This document shows, one piece after another, positions 1 through 15,328 of a DNA stretch of 64,000 bases (position 1 is the stretch's first letter; each line of letters starts with the position of its first letter). Source of the DNA: Eledone cirrhosa. Taxonomy: Eukaryota. The stretch is from assembly GCA_964016885.1 (NCBI GenBank), contig OZ024743.1, positions 89,218,001-89,282,000 on the forward strand, given 5' to 3'. The notes under the pieces are model-generated. The model ran no database searches, was not told the DNA's origin, and was given only the letters and a program-made list of their open reading frames with translations. The position numbers were made by a program, and so were the translations under genes.

Positions 1-3000
1 TATAGGATATGTTCTCATCTATCCCCAGGTATCTGTAGCAGTCCTCATCAGATATCGGTGAAACAGTTAGGCCATTGATGACAATGTTGCTAGATTGGGT
101 TGTTGTTTTTCCTCCGCTTTACAGTCATATATGTGCATTTATGTTGGCTAAACTACATTCCTATATCCTTTGAGAATGTTGTAACCAGGTCAAGATTTTT
201 TTCATTCCATCTATGTTCTTGGCATAGCGTTTCAGATCATCCACAAAGAAATAATGGGTTAGGTTTTATGTATGTATGTATGTATGTATGTATGTATGTA
301 TGTATGTATGTATGTATGTATGTATGTATGTATGTATGTATGTATGTATGTGCATGATATTATGTCAGGTCGCTCCTGAGTGTTACTGGTAACATGTAAC
401 AGGAGTTGCGGAATGAATAACGAAACCTGAATAAAAAGCAGGAGGAACTCTTGAGAACCAACGACCATCACTAGTGTGTACACACATATATATATCGTGT
501 GGGTGTGTTTGGGATTGTTTGCATGCACGTGCATGTGTATGCATTTTTTAAACTTTAAAACTTTTAACTTATGAACTTTTAAATAATCCTTTTTTATTTA
601 ATTTTATCTTATTTATTTATTCATTTATCTATTTATTTATGTTTATACTTATTTATTTTGAATATCCTGCAGTTTATATAGCTAGCAATAATCTTGTTTA
701 TTTCCTGTGAGAAAGACACTCTAATAAATAAAAAACTCTAATAAACCAGTGGTTGTTACAATTACTGATCATCTTGCATCTGCTTGTCATTGGATTTTGG
801 CTTCGATACTTAGAGAGCATCATGTGTCTTTGATCACAATCACATGCTACTTTGATCACATTGTGCAGATATCTCTTCAAAGTCCTGTGGCGATGGAGAA
901 GCAGTGACATATACAGACCTAACGAGTTGGAGGTATACAGTTGCTAATCTACACGCAGGCGGCTTAAGGCTTACCTAACGTCATTTCTAGTTTTCGTAAT
1001 AGAAACTGGCTTGGGCGGAATCTTTTCTGGCCAGCTCTTTCAAAGGAGAAGGCCATTCACCCAAATCTTGGGGGTTGGATATCTATAAAAGGTGACCCAA
1101 ACATTGTCTGTTCCTCCTTCAAGCTGGTCAGCTACCTGCAGCTGACGGCTGTTCATACTGGCAGGTAAACAAGAAGAAGAATAGTAATTTTCAGAAGAAT
1201 GTTCAAAAGAATAGAATTACAATGAATGTTGCTACATGGAATATTAGAATACCTCTTGACGGGGAGTGGTTTAATTTGCAAGTCAGCCAGTGGACTGATA
1301 ACACATGGTAAAATACATGAAGACATAACTCAGCTGATAGTGCCAGAAGACACAGTTAAAGTGTTACATCTACAGCTGAGTGAACTGGAGCAACGTGAAA
1401 TAAAGTGTCTTTCTCAAGGACACGACGCATCACCCGGCCCGAGAATCGAACTCACAACGCCTCGATTGCAAGCCTAACAATCTAACCACTAAGCCACGCA
1501 CCTTCACAAGGATGAAAGGTAAAGTTAACTCCGGCGGGATTTGACCTCAGGAGGTAGAAAGTCGCACTACTTACTGCAAAGCATTTTGTCCGACGCTCTA
1601 CCAATTCTGACAATAAATAACTCTTCCTTAAGGATTAATATTGGAATATATTTACAAGATTTCGAGGATCTGAAGATGTCTTAAATCCATTACATAAAAA
1701 CCTTAAAATATAATTTCCATCGAACAAGTCTTCACTTCTTCCCAGCTATGCCCTCCGCCAACAAACAGCCCACCCCAAGGATGCCAAATATAAAGGCGTA
1801 TTTATGGAAGAAAGTGTGTGTAAAACGAGAAAGTAAACTAGTGTTATTTCAGATGGTGACTTACTGTGAGGTGTGGTCTAACATCAGCACTGTTGCTACC
1901 GTAGGATGGAAGTGGGGGTACGGTGACGGGTGGGTAGGGAATAATTAAAGCAACAACAAATACCCTCTCACTACCTGGCTACGTACGTTCCTATAGTCAT
2001 GTTAGCAGCCGCTCGGTTATGTTGATATATAACTTTGTTTTGTTAAGAGTTCGAGAAAAAAAAAGGGCAAAAGAAAGAAGAAATAGAATAAGCGATCCAT
2101 TCCAAAACAGAAAACATTGAAAATACAAAAAGAAAAACAGAAGAAAAGGAAAATTCTTTTCAAACATTTTCTGAGATCCACATAGTTCTTATATCTGCTA
2201 CAGATTCCCTAATATGGCCAGCAAGAGATCACTGGTGAAGTTTTCTCACGATTGATTTGGCCATTTATTTCAGAAGAAATAGCCAACTCACTTCTAGCCG
2301 CTCATTTCTATCCTCTGATTTCTATCCTTCGACGGCATTAATAGGTTCCTTACGCCGAGTTTTCCTATTTTCCTACGAATTCTAATACACCCATGTTCAA
2401 AACTCGGCATTCGAGTTAATTTTGTTTAATTTCATATAGTTATTAGCAGTCCAAAGGTGGCCGATTGAGCGTTGGGTATTTTTTCTGGACTTACTGCGTT
2501 CTGAGTTCAAATCTTGCCTAGAGCTGGCCAATGACTTGTCTGTGAAATTTACTAGACTTCACATTTAGCCCGAGCCTATTTCTAGTTTTGGAGGTCTACA
2601 AAGCACATTATCCAACGTTCTAACGACTCTGCAAATTTGCTGCCGTATAATTTACTCCTATTAAAAAAAAAAAAAATAAATAAATAAAGTTATGCCGTAT
2701 GCTAAAAATCAAAATTTTGAAGTTTTGACTCATTAGAGTAGACAAAATGTCATGTCATTATATTCTGAGGTTGGTAGATTGGCAGTATCGGTAGAGCATC
2801 GGACACCATGCTTCGTGACGTAGAGTTACGGTCCTTTACGGTCTGAGTTCAAATCCCGCCGAGGTTAACTTTGCCTTTCATCCTTACGGGTTTGATAAAA
2901 TAAAGTACCAGTAACGTACTGGAGTCGGTTTAATCGACTTTCCCCTCCCCCAAATTACTGGCCTTGTGCCTATACTAGAAATCATTATATTCTGAAGTTG

Positions 3001-3429
3001 GTGGATTGGCATTATCGGTAGAGCGTCGGACGCCATGCTTCGCGCCATAGAGTTACGGCCCTTTGTGTTCAAATCCCGCCAGGGTTAGCTCTGCCTTTCA
3101 TCCTTACGGGGTCAATAAAATAAAGTACCAGTAATACACTGTAGGTCGATTTGATCGACTTTCCCTTCTCCCCAAAATTGTTGGTGTTGTGCCTAAATCA
3201 GAAACCGTTATATTCTGAGTTCAAATCCTTTCATCGTTCCAGGATTGGTAACATAAAGTACCAGCTACATATTGGGGTCACTGTAATCAATATTGCTTCT
3301 CATCAAAATGTTTCCTATTTTTTGTTGTTGTTCTTGTTAGGGATTTGGGGAATCAAATTTATGATCTTTCTTATGGTCGTCTGCCAAACACCCTGACCAC
3401 TAAAACATGCGCCTTTGTAACAGATCACA

Positions 3430-3915
3430 ACTCCACCGTCATCGCCACCACCACCACCAACATCACCACCAGCAACATCACCACCACCAATACCACCACC
3501 ACCACCACCACCATCACCACCAGCAACATCACCACCACCAACACCACCACCACCACCAATACCACCACCAACACCACCACCACCACCAGCAACATCAACA
3601 CCACCACCACCACCACCACTACCACCAACACCACCACTACTACCACCACCAACACCACCACCAGCAACATCACCACCACCACCACCAACACCAATACCAC
3701 CACCAACATCACCACCACCACCACCACCACCAATACCATCACCACCACCACACCACCACCGCCACTACCACCACCGATACCACCGCCACCACCACCACTA
3801 CCACCACCACCGCCGATACCACCACCACCGATACCACCACCAACACCACCACCACCACCAGCAACATCACCACCACCAATACCACCACCACCACCATCAT
3901 CATCAACAACAACAT
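3430..3915. repeat. (ACC)n-type low-complexity tract
   Basis: Explains the poly-T/H/P ORFs; a similar tract lies at 26155-26660. Confidence 0.95.
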
Positions 3916-4811
3916 CAGTAGCAGGCCTCAATTAATATCCACTTGAATTTGTCTTTGTAATTAGCAGAAGGAATTCAGACCACCAGAGGGCAGCACCGAA
4001 TACATCCGTTGTCAAGGATATAGAGGTCTGATCTTTGTGTTATTAGCGATATCACATATCTCTCGCTACTACCGTCACGTGAGTGGGGTGGATAGGGGGG
4101 ATAGACTGAGGAGAAAGGGAGGAGGAGAGAGAGGAGGGGGGTAGAAGAGAGAGGAGAGAGAGTGGAAAGACAGAGAGGAGAGAGAGAGAGGAGAAAGAGA
4201 GAGGAGAAAGAGGGGAGAGAGAGGAGGGAGAGATAGAAGAGAGAGGGAGAGATAGAAGAGAGAGGAGAGAGCGAGAGGAAAGAGAGGAGAGAGAGATAGA
4301 AGAGAGAAAGAGGAGGGAGAGATAGAAGATAGAGGAGAGAGAGAGGGGAGAGAGAGATAGAAGAGAGAGGAGAGAGAGCGAGGAGAGAGAGATAGAAGAG
4401 AGAGGAGAGAGAGCGAGGAGAGAGAGATAGAAGAGAGAGGAGAGAGAGAGAGAGCGAGAGAAAGGAGGAGAAGAGGTAGGACGGAAGAGGAGAGAGAGAG
4501 AGGGGAGAGAGGTAGGAAGGGGTAATGTTGTTAGTCACGTGTCATGTTAAAAGCTTAGAGAAATGTAAACAACACGACTTTGGTAATAAGAATATTTTCC
4601 GTCCCTTAGCTTATATAGCCCTCCCCCACATGCTGCTATATAGCAATAAACTCCCCTCCACACACCTACGTGCCACCTACACCACACCCCGCCTACACCG
4701 CATCTCGCCTACACAACATCTCGCCTACACCACTCCCCACCCCGCCTACACCACACCCCGCCAGCATCCCGCGCAACCTACACTGCATATCACTTAGACC
4801 TCTGACACACA

Positions 4812-4852
<41 letters not shown>

Positions 4853-5799
4853 CCATATCAACTTCAGGGTGGGAGTAACGTGAGAACAGATGACCCTCTT
4901 CCGGCTTGCCCGCTTTCTACCCCCCCCCCCCCCTGAAGGGTGGGGGAGAGGCCAAGCTATTAACCCCTAGTAAAAAAAGGGTCGTTTCCACGTTTCACAT
5001 TTCAGTTTCCCTGAGCCCTGAAAAAATATATATTTGAAGCAAAAGGGCCAAATGCCGTCCAATATCTGGTTAGGGCCCTTTACGATCTGAGTTCAACCCC
5101 CCACGAAGTAAACTTCTTACGTTTCATCCTTCTGAGGTCGCTAAAATATAAATATCAGTGAAGCATTGAGATCGATATAATTGACTGCTTCTGTTTATTT
5201 TAAGTGGAATAAGGGCAGTGGATTGGTAGAGCGTCGGACAACATGCTTCGTGGCATAGAGTTACGGCTCTTGACGCTCGGAGTTCAAATCCCGCCGCGTT
5301 GAGCTCTGCATTTCATTCTTACGGTGGGGTTGATAAAATAAATTACCAGTAACGCACTGGGGTCGATTTAATCGACTTTCCCTTCTTGTTGGCCTTGTAT
5401 CTAACCATTTTGAGTGGAATGGAACGGAGCTCTGACGATTTCGAGGATGAGTGTTTTAGTTGTTCGATCAACGGAACAGCCTGCAGGTGAAATTAACGTG
5501 CAAGTGACTGGGCATTCCATAGAAGGAGAGATTCAGCACGACCCTGTGTGTGTGTCAAGGCTGGTCATTTAACTTACAGCTACATTCCAGACTACCTAAT
5601 CTCTATCAAAAGGTCTGGGTCGACCCGAACCTATGGTAAATAACCCTTGCCCACAGTGACAAACAATGGAATCGAACCCGTGCCCTAATGATTTCTGAAG
5701 CAATTTCTTAACTATTTGGCCATGATGCATTCATTTAATAACCAAATACCGCCTGAACTGGGGAAATGTTATTCTGTTTATATAAAGGTTGGACGAAGA

Positions 5800-6115
5800 T
5801 AAGGCACTCCGTCGGTTACGACGACGAGTGTGTCAGTTTATCTGATCAACGGAAAAGCCTGTTCGTGAAATTAACGTGCAAGTGGTTGAGCATTCCACAG
5901 ACACGCGTACACTTAACGTAGTTCTCAGGGAGATTCAGCGTAAGACAGAATGTGACAATGCTGGTCCTTCGAATTACAGATTCAACTCATTTTGGCCAGC
6001 TAAGTGGACTGGAGCAACGTGAAATAAAATATTTCGCTCAAGGATGCAACGCACCGCTGGGAATCGAACTCACAACCTTACGATTGTAAGCCGAATACCC
6101 TAACCATAAGGTCAC
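5800..6115 (-). mobile_element. Second tRNA-derived SINE family with CORE-like motif
   Basis: Minus B-box gagttcgattc and a gtgtccttgagcaagacactt-like core. Copies at ~1370-1505, 23800-23905, 36130-36245, 37690-37815 and 62205-62310. Confidence 0.75.
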
Positions 6116-6580
6116 ACGTCTAGATGAAGACAGGCAGATAAAGTGTTTTGTCGTAATCGTTCCGGCTGTCTGAGTTTAAATTCCACCGAGGTCAACTTTG
6201 CCTTTCATTCCTTCAAGATCGATAAATAAAGTACCTATCCAGTATTGCGGGGTCTCCCCCCTCTCTCTCACTCTCTCTCTCGCTGCCTCCGGTTGTCCAA
6301 ACCTGGAGAGGGGATGGGCTCTCCCAGGTTTAAAATGCCCAATACACGCCCATATGTTACCACGGCGCCTATATTACTACATCAGGAGTTACTGGTACAT
6401 AAATACAATATTACGATTGTTCGTTACACCGGGAATACTAGAGAGGAGAAGTGGCACATTTTCTAAACTAGAACACACAAAAAATACAAAGATACAGAAA
6501 GAAGGAATATATATAATTATACATACACACACACACACACATACGCACACACACACATACATACACATATATAGACACTT

Positions 6581-6621
<41 letters not shown>

Positions 6622-7868
6622 CACACACATATGTATATATATATATGTATATATATACACATACACATGTATATATAAACAAAAAGAAACAATCAAAAAA
6701 TGTTAGCGCTTTTATATTAAGAGAATTCTTTTTAAAAATACGACTGTCTTTGAATTCCTCACCCATTTCCCCTGAAGAATTAGACAGACAGCTTTTATTT
6801 CAGCAAAGTTCCTTTGATTTTCAACTAACTCCTTTGAGTACGAGATCTTTGCTAAAAAGAACTAGGATAGACAAAACGGCGTGAGGTGGTGGGGAGTGGG
6901 GCACGGGGAATAAGAAAAAAGAAAACATCAGAAAAGGATATAAAAAAATAAGGGCAGTGTATGCCGTATGAGTTCAAATCACTTATTTGGCAGAAAGGGA
7001 TGGAAGAATGCTTTAGAATAGAGATACTTGGAGAAGACGCAACCTACTATTTATCCAGATGTCTATAACGAAAATCTAAACTGTATTTTCTGGCGCCAGA
7101 TGGAATTATCTGAATTCAGAGAGCATTTCTTATAATCCTATTACATCGTGGAAGAGACATTTCAGCAATTCAAAACCACACAATAATTGTTAAATTCACT
7201 TTACATTTATTATTTAATTTCTTGGTATCAATATCTTTGTCGTACTATTTGAGATCTGGTCTGTGACCCAGGTTACAAATGTTTTTGTTTCAACATACGG
7301 TCTCAAATCAAGTTACTTGGCAAATAAGTACGATTTTCGATAATCAAACACCGAGATTTCTAATTTAGGCAAGAGGTCAGCAAATTTGGGAGAAGGGCAA
7401 AGTTGATTGAACCAACCCCAGTACTTTATTTTATCAACCCCGGAATGATGTAAACCAAAGTTGACCTTGGTAGAATTTGAACTCAGAATATAAAGAGCAA
7501 GAACAAATATCACGATGGCATTTTATTCAATGCTCTTCCAATTCTGCCAATCCATTATCCTCTAATTAAGGCTAATATCAATGCCATTATCCTCACAATT
7601 TGAAGACCTCTCGGGTGTTCAAATGTAGAAAAGTAAGTAAGGGAGAGAATTACTACAGTTTTAGTTGATCCAAAGATTTTTGGAAATGTTGTGTCATGTT
7701 TATTTCCTTATGGAGGTAGCTAATTGGGTAGCTAATTGAACAAGGAACAGTAATTTGTAATTTTCTATTTCAACACAATGAATCACAATAAACTGTAGAA
7801 CTGTTAAACTGAAGTGAGTATATAATAATCATAATAATAATAACACTGAACGTAATTATGTGGAGATA

Positions 7869-8084
7869 GATAGAATTGTGTACTTCTGAAACCGTCAGAC
7901 TGTACTTCGAACCTGTTGGATAGAATTTGGTACCCCTCAAACCCTCAGACTACTTCAAACCTGTTGGATATAATTGTGTACTCCTCGAACCGTCAGACTG
8001 TACTTCAAACCTGTTGGATACAAGTGTCTACTCCTCAAACCGTCAGACTGTACTTCAAACCTGTTGGATAGAATTGTGTACTCC
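7869..8084. repeat. 50-bp tandem repeat, about 4.3 copies
   Basis: gatagaattgtgtactcctcaaaccgtcagactgtacttcaaacctgttg. Confidence 0.9.
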
Positions 8085-9006
8085 CGTTTAACTGAAGCAT
8101 AATACATAGGCAAAAAATACGAGCACACTTAAAGCACGTGATTGTGATATGATTGGCTGTCGTTAAATAAAAACAATTAAACAGCACATATTAGATAACA
8201 ATTAAAATGAGTTCAATACATGACAGGAAAATTTTCAGATAATACTGCAGGAATGGTGTCATTCCAAGTCTTCTATCATCGACATACTTAATGGTAGCAT
8301 TGGTTATTTCTCCAGCTCAATAAGAAGACTAAATGGAATAGAACTCCGTTAGTTTCGACGATGACTATTCCAGTTGTTGGATCAACGGAACGGCTTGCTC
8401 GTGAAATTAACATGCATGTGGCTGAGCATTCCAGAGACACGTGTAATCATAACATAATTCTCAGGGAGATTCATCGTGACACAACTGGCCTTTTGAATTA
8501 TAGGTACAGTTCATCTGACGGACTTTCAAACAGTTTCAGTCAACCCAATTTCACTCACATTGCATGGGTTGATTGGAGGCTATGGTAAGTCACAATTGCC
8601 TAAAATGTGACGCTATTGGATCGAACCTGGGGGTCTATTGATTGTGAAGCCAACTCCTTAACCATTCGGCCATGCTATGTCCACGAGAATAGTAAATATT
8701 CTAATAAGGCTACGTTAAGATGTTGAGATACGTGTCTTGTTTCCGTTGTATTTCGTCTGAAAATTTAAATCTTCAATATTTTGTCTATGGAAGTGAACAA
8801 AAGACGTAAGATGACGAAATTACCGTTAAACTGACTCGAAACCGGCTCTGCTCCTGCTAATCTTTTGTCAAAAATTCACTTGACCAGTAAACTTTCTCGA
8901 GGTAACATATACTGTACTGTCTGTCCATCCACCCACTTCGACACTATTTACTTTGAAAAAAGAACCGACACAATTAAAAATTAAGTTTAAAATATAAATA
9001 TACGTA

Positions 9007-9169
9007 TCGTATTTCCCGGCGTCGAAGAGGCTACTTTTCTAAAATAAGTCTCAAAAATCTAGGAGGCCGAAGGTTGTTTATTGTTTCCTTTTTTCATTTT
9101 TCAAATTTTTGGTTGTCAAAATTAGGGGCGTCCTCGAGAACGAAGCGTCTTCGGCGCCGGGAAATACGG
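9007..9169. mobile_element. MITE, Tc1/mariner superfamily (Tc2-like termini)
   Basis: TIRs cgtatttcccggcgtcgaaga / tcttcggcgccgggaaatacg with TA on both sides. Confidence 0.75.
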
Positions 9170-9431
9170 TATGCTTTTCAAATCTAACGCAATATTTAAA
9201 AGCTACCAAGTTTGTATACAATTTCACACATACACATGTATACATGTACACACACACACACACACATATATATATATGTGTGTGTATGTGTGTGTGTGTG
9301 TATAGATCATGCAAACGCCCCCATCTCGCATTCTCGTCTCTATACTTTTATTGACACACATATTCAGCGTACAATTCCTTTCCCCTTATATACATCCTCA
9401 CATAATACATATATACATGTGTGTGTGTGCA

Positions 9432-9500
<69 letters not shown>

Positions 9501-9582
9501 GTGTGTGTGTGTGTGCTCATGCGATTACGTATTTATGTGAGGAATAAACAACACATAATACCATTGTAATAACAATACTGTA

Positions 9583-10572
9583 ATAGCTACATCGCCATCT
9601 ACATCAACGTAGCTACACCGCCATCTACATCAACGTAGCTACACCGCCATCTACATCAACGTAGCTACACCGCCACCTACATCACCGTAGCTACACCGCC
9701 ATGTACATCAACGTAGCTACACCGCCATCTACATCAACGTAGCTACACCGCCATCTACGTCACCGTAGCTACACCGCCATCTACATCAACGTAGCTACAC
9801 CGCCATCTACATCAACGTAGCTACACCGCCATCTACATCACCGTAGCTACACCGCCATGTACATCAACGTAGCTACACCGCCACCTACATCACCGTAGCT
9901 ACACCGCCATGCACATCAACGTAGCTACACCGCCATCTACATCACCGTAGCTACACCGCCATGTACATCAACGTAGCTACACCGCCACCTACATCACCGT
10001 AGCTACACCGCCATGCACATCAACGTAGCTACACCGCCATCTACATCACCGTAGCTACACCGCCATGTACATCAACGTAGCTACACCGCCATCTACATCA
10101 ACGTAGCTACACCGCCATCTACGTCACCGTAGCTACACCGCCATCTACGTCACCGTAGCTACACCGCCATCTACATCAACGTAGCTACACCGCCATCTAC
10201 ATCAACGTAGCTACACCGCCATCTACGTCACCGTAGCTACACCGCCATCTACGTCACCGTAGCTACACCGCCATCTACATCAACGTAGCTACACCGCCAT
10301 CTACATCAACGTAGCTACACCGCCATCTACGTCACCGTAGCTACACCGCCATCTACATCAACGTAGCTACACCGCCATCTACATCACCGTAGCTACACCG
10401 CCATGTACATCAACGTAGCTACACCGCCATCTACATCAACGTAGCTACACCGCCATCTACATCAACGTAGCTACACCGCCATCTACGTCAACGTAGCTAC
10501 ACCGCCATCTACATCACCGTAGCTACACCGCCATCTACATCAACGTAGCTACACCGCCATCTACGTCAACGT
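9583..10572. repeat. 26-bp minisatellite, about 38 copies
   Basis: Unit gtagctacaccgccatctacatcaac with recurring variants. Confidence 0.95.
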
Positions 10573-11913
10573 ACACAGTTTTGATAACGTAGATTCTAAA
10601 CAAACATTACATAAATGAATAAAACTAAAACTAACTAAATTTCTTGCACTATATCACATAAAAAAGACAATTACTGGGTTAATTTGGTAACTATAATAAC
10701 GGCAACAATAAAAAAAAGAGAAGGAAACAAAAGAAAAAAAAGTAATAGGGAAATATAGAGGAAAAAAGGGAAAAAGAAATGTTTTTGGCGGGGAGGGCTT
10801 GTCACTTACGAATATCATCTCAATGATAAACAATCATTGTAAGGCTTAAAAAAGAACGCTTATCTCTCGCTATCATATCTCGTTCGTACATGACTAGCCG
10901 TCAGTTTATTTCACTTCCTATTTCAAAAGTAATTTGCGTTAAACAATTTAGTTTCGTTCAGCAGTTGTGTTTCTTGTCAAGAAATTGTGTATATTAGTAT
11001 CATTACTGTAGATTAGCGGTGGATTGGTTAGAGGGCGGTGGATTAGCAGTATCGGTAGAGGGTCGAACACCATGCTTTCCAGCATAGAGTTACGGCCTTT
11101 ATGATCTGAGTTCAAATCCTGCCGAGGTTAACTTTGCCTTTCATCCTTACGAGGTCGATAAAATAAAGCACCAGTAACGTACTGGGTCGATTTAATCGAC
11201 CTTCCCCTTCCCACAAACTACTGTCCTTGTGCCTATACTAGAAACAATTGTTGTAGATCAGCAGAATCGGTAGAGCGTCGAACACTATGCTTTGTGGCAT
11301 ATAACAACATTCCTTTACGTTCTGAGTTCAAATCCCACCGTGGTTAGCTTTGCCTTTCATCGATATAAATTCAATAAAATAAAATACCACTAACACGCTG
11401 GGCTCGATTTAATTGACCTCCCCCCCCCCCCAGATTATTGGCCTTGTGTTTAAATCAGAAACTATTATCATAATATAATAAAGGGAGAAGTGCGGCACCG
11501 CGACCTGAATATATATTTTTATCCCGTTAGTAAAATAAGTTAGATTACTTTGAATAAATAATTGTTTCTACTTTTGGCACAAGGCCAGCAATTACCCAGT
11601 GCATTACTGGTACTTCATTTTATCGACCCCGTAAGGATGAAAGGCAAAGTTAACCTTACTTTGAATAAATAATTGTTTCTACTTTAGGCACAAGGCCAGC
11701 AATTACCCAGTGCGTTACTGGTACTTTATTTTATCGACCCCGTAAGGATGAAAGGCAAAGTCAACCTCGGCGGGATTTGAACTCAGATCGTAAAGGGACG
11801 TAACTATGCTGGAAAGCATGGCGTCCGACCCTCTACCGATACTGCCAAATGAATGAATATTATATCATTTCCTTTCCTGGTTCGGACAGCCGAGTTCTTT
11901 CAGAGAAGGAGAG

Positions 11914-11949
<36 letters not shown>

Positions 11950-12679
11950 TAAGAAAGAGATTTAAAGGAAGAATCGACCTCAGTACTGAACTGGTACCGT
12001 TTTTTTTTATCGATCTCGAAAGGATGAAATGCAAAGTTGACCGCGGCAGGATTTGAACTCAGAGAGTAGAGAGTCGGAAGAAATGCCGCCAAGCATTCTA
12101 TCTGAGCTTCTAATGTCTGCCAATTTACCGCCTTATCAGCCTATGTACCGAGATTTTAAATCATCTGCAGGCGTTTTGTATTTTTTATTTCTGGACAGGG
12201 AATGTAGCTTTTTAGATAACGGGACATTTTTTCTTTTCTTTTTAAATTGAAAAGACAATGGAACCGCAGCCCATCGGCATACGTGGTTCAATTCCCGGAG
12301 ATCCCTGGTACTTTATTTAATCGATCCTAAAATGATGAAAGTTGACCTCGACAAGATTTGAAATCAGAACGTAAAGGGCTTAATAATAATGGTTTCTTAT
12401 ATAGGCACAAGGCCAGAAATTTTAGGAGAGGGGGAAAGTCGATTAAATCGACCCCAGTGCGTAATTGGTACTTTATTTATCGACCCCGTAAGGATGAAAG
12501 GCAAAGTTAACCTCGGCGGGATTTGAACTCAGATCATAAAAGTCTGTAACTCTATGCTGCAAAGCATGGCGTCAGACCCTCTACTGATACTGCCAATACA
12601 TAATAATAATATCAATAATAATAATAATAATAATAATAATGATTTCTTCTCTCTGATGATGATGATGATGATGATGATG

Positions 12680-13510
12680 GAAGAAGTTAAACAGCGAATT
12701 AAGGTAAAAATCTAATCGGGTTAAGTGCTACACAAATAGACAAAAACAATACGAACAGAACAGATTATTCTCTACAAATCAGAAAATGTTCTTTAGAAAA
12801 CTGTTAGGGGGGAAATGGTACAGAAGTTGCACCTAATGCTGAAGAATCCACAGAATTTTGGTAAAATCTATGGGGATTGTAAAGGAGCATAACAAAGATT
12901 TGAGATGGATAAATGAAGTTGGGCATAAGTTATCTAATGAACCAAAACAGAGATGGGAAAGAATTTCAAAGGAAGACGTTCAAGAGCGAGAAATGCCAAA
13001 CTGGAAATCTCCTTGACCGGATGGGATCCAAGGATTCTGGTTAAAAAAATTTAAAAGTGTTCATTCAAGTGTCTTTATACCTCCATTGATCTTTATGCTA
13101 GAAATATAGGTTTGCAACCCACCAAGAAATTGTATCAACTCAAACCAGAGAAGTTTCTAGAAAATCAGATTGTGAAACTCTTGTAGGACTTTACAATCCA
13201 GACAGATAGAGTTCTTGAAAATACAAGGCCAGATATAACATTGATAGAGAAAAGTACTGGAGGTGTTTGTTGATAGATGTAGCTTGTCCAAGATACCATT
13301 ACACCAATGGCAAATGACACGAGCAAATCATAAAGTATGCAGATTTGAGAATAGATGTCGAGAGATTGTGGAGTATGGAGCGCTTGGGTTGGTAACAGAA
13401 AACCTCCAGAAAAACCTTGATATAATTGGAATCAGTCCCAGCATCACAACATTGCAGAAAACACTTTTGGGAACAGCAAATATCCTGTGCAAAGTAGAGC
13501 CTATCTGAGG
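12680..13510 (+). mobile_element. Decayed R4/Dong-like non-LTR retrotransposon (restriction-like endonuclease)
   Basis: Broken frames give MPNWKSP.PDGIQGFWLKKF, DFTIQTDR..RPDITLIEK, LIDVACP and GALGLVTENL..LQKTLLGTANIL. Bounded by (TAA)n. Confidence 0.75.
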
Positions 13511-14396
13511 TTACATAACTTATTAGGGAGTCAATTAAATAACCTACTACCAATAAGATGATCACTGTGCAAATGAAAGATAATACTAATAATAATAATA
13601 CTGTCTCAAGGATTTACTAGTCGTGGTGTGCAGTGTTAAACATTTAAAATCTTAAGAAAAATCCACCCCCAAAACAAACAAAACAAAAAAAAACAAAACA
13701 AAAAAGAACGCTATCACCAAATAATGCTGGCGCCCACACTTATACCATTCCCTTTCTTCAGCTCGACAGACATTTAACAACACAGATACACCAGCTTTGA
13801 TATAATATATATGTCAGTTATATTACGGTCGTTATTGTGCATTTTTCTCACAGTACAGACTGTTAATGTGTTTTTCATCTAAGAGAAACACTTAAAATCT
13901 TGCAGGGGAAAAAAAAAATTATATCATCGTCAGACAATGCTGTAGTAAGTAGTTTAAGCTATCTAGAAGAAATGCACAACCAAGTTTAATCAATGGCGTT
14001 TCGTTTCATAGATTGTCTGCATTCTCATTACAATGGGCGTTCTTCGCCGTCCTCGTGAATTCTCGGGCGTTAACATGTCACCGAGATAACGGCGGAAAAA
14101 TGGAAGTGGAGCTGTTTTATTTTCGTTTTCAGCTGACCTTAAGCCCAGGCGTCTGCAAACAGAAACGAAAATTGCCGTCTGGGCTATTTTATTGCACTAA
14201 TTGGAATCTGGGATATATCTGGGATATATCTGGGATAAACAAACTCCTAGCTTCGACATTCGCTACAGATAAATAACAAACAACAACAAAAAACAACAGA
14301 AAAATAACAGAACCACATAAACGCCAGTCGTCGCCACTACTACTACTACTACTAATACTTCTACTATTACTACTACTGCTACTGCTGCTGCTGCTG

Positions 14397-14427
<31 letters not shown>

Positions 14428-14477
14428 TGCTGCTGCTGCTGTTGCTGCTGCTACTATTACTACTACTACTGCTGCTG

Positions 14478-14544
<67 letters not shown>

Positions 14545-14831
14545 AGTATATAAATCAAAGAGATAATTTTCGTCTCAACCGTACGTGGAAAATGTGCAGG
14601 ACAATATAGATAAAATAAATTTGAAGACTAAAAGACATTACTTTGATGTTTCCACTTTACAGATGTTACACTGCAGAACTCCTGAATTTAATGGCTGCAA
14701 TTTCATATCTTCTACTTAGACTTTGCTCCATAAAGCATCAAGTACTTCTAACAACGACAGTTTCATGACTTTTATATAGTTTACTGGTAAAAATGGCAAA
14801 AATGTATTCCTATATACAAACATTCCGTACA

Positions 14832-14862
<31 letters not shown>

Positions 14863-15135
14863 GTGCATGCATACATGCATACATGCATATATACATAATA
14901 CATACATACACACACACACATACATTTATACGTACATTACATACATACATGCATGTGTACATAGCTACATACATGCAAGTATACATGCTTACCTACATAA
15001 TACATACATGCAAGTATACATGCTTACCTACATAATATATACATTCATACATACGTATTTTACATACATACATATATATATACACGTACGTACATACATA
15101 CATACATACATACATACATACATACGTATATACAT

Positions 15136-15166
<31 letters not shown>

Positions 15167-15216
15167 ATTGAAAGTGAAGAATAACATGGTCAACAGTACA
15201 AAAAGGGGATTTATTT

Positions 15217-15328
15217 ACAGTCTAACAATTGTTTCTCTGATTAAGTTGTCTAAAAATTGCTGAACACTAGAAGCAGTGCCACTCAATTTCAAATACGATG
15301 TTAGCTTAATCAGGTCATCAGAAACTGT
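15217..15328 (-). ncRNA. Type-I hammerhead with long stem-II insertion (Penelope-like pLTR)
   Basis: Minus strand: acagttt-CTGATGA-cctgattaag...cttaatcaga-GAAA-caattg-TT-agactgt. Palindromic stem III. Confidence 0.75.

Noticed and set aside
1-60. Minus-strand CTGATGAggac, possible hammerhead start
   Set aside because: No stem-II partner or GAAA before the window edge; cannot be evaluated.
2776-2982. tRNA gene suggested by A/B boxes
   Set aside because: No cloverleaf; it is the head of a high-copy SINE.
3345-3946. Mucin-like or His-rich ORFs (also 26121-26707)
   Set aside because: Trinucleotide low-complexity DNA, open in several frames on both strands.
9583-10572. CRISPR-like appearance of short repeats (also 29045-29878)
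   Set aside because: Contiguous units with no unique spacers, no cas genes, and a eukaryotic context.
13980-14340. CpG-richer unique stretch, possible promoter or exon
   Set aside because: No recognisable protein homology or convincing splice pair; needs expression data.
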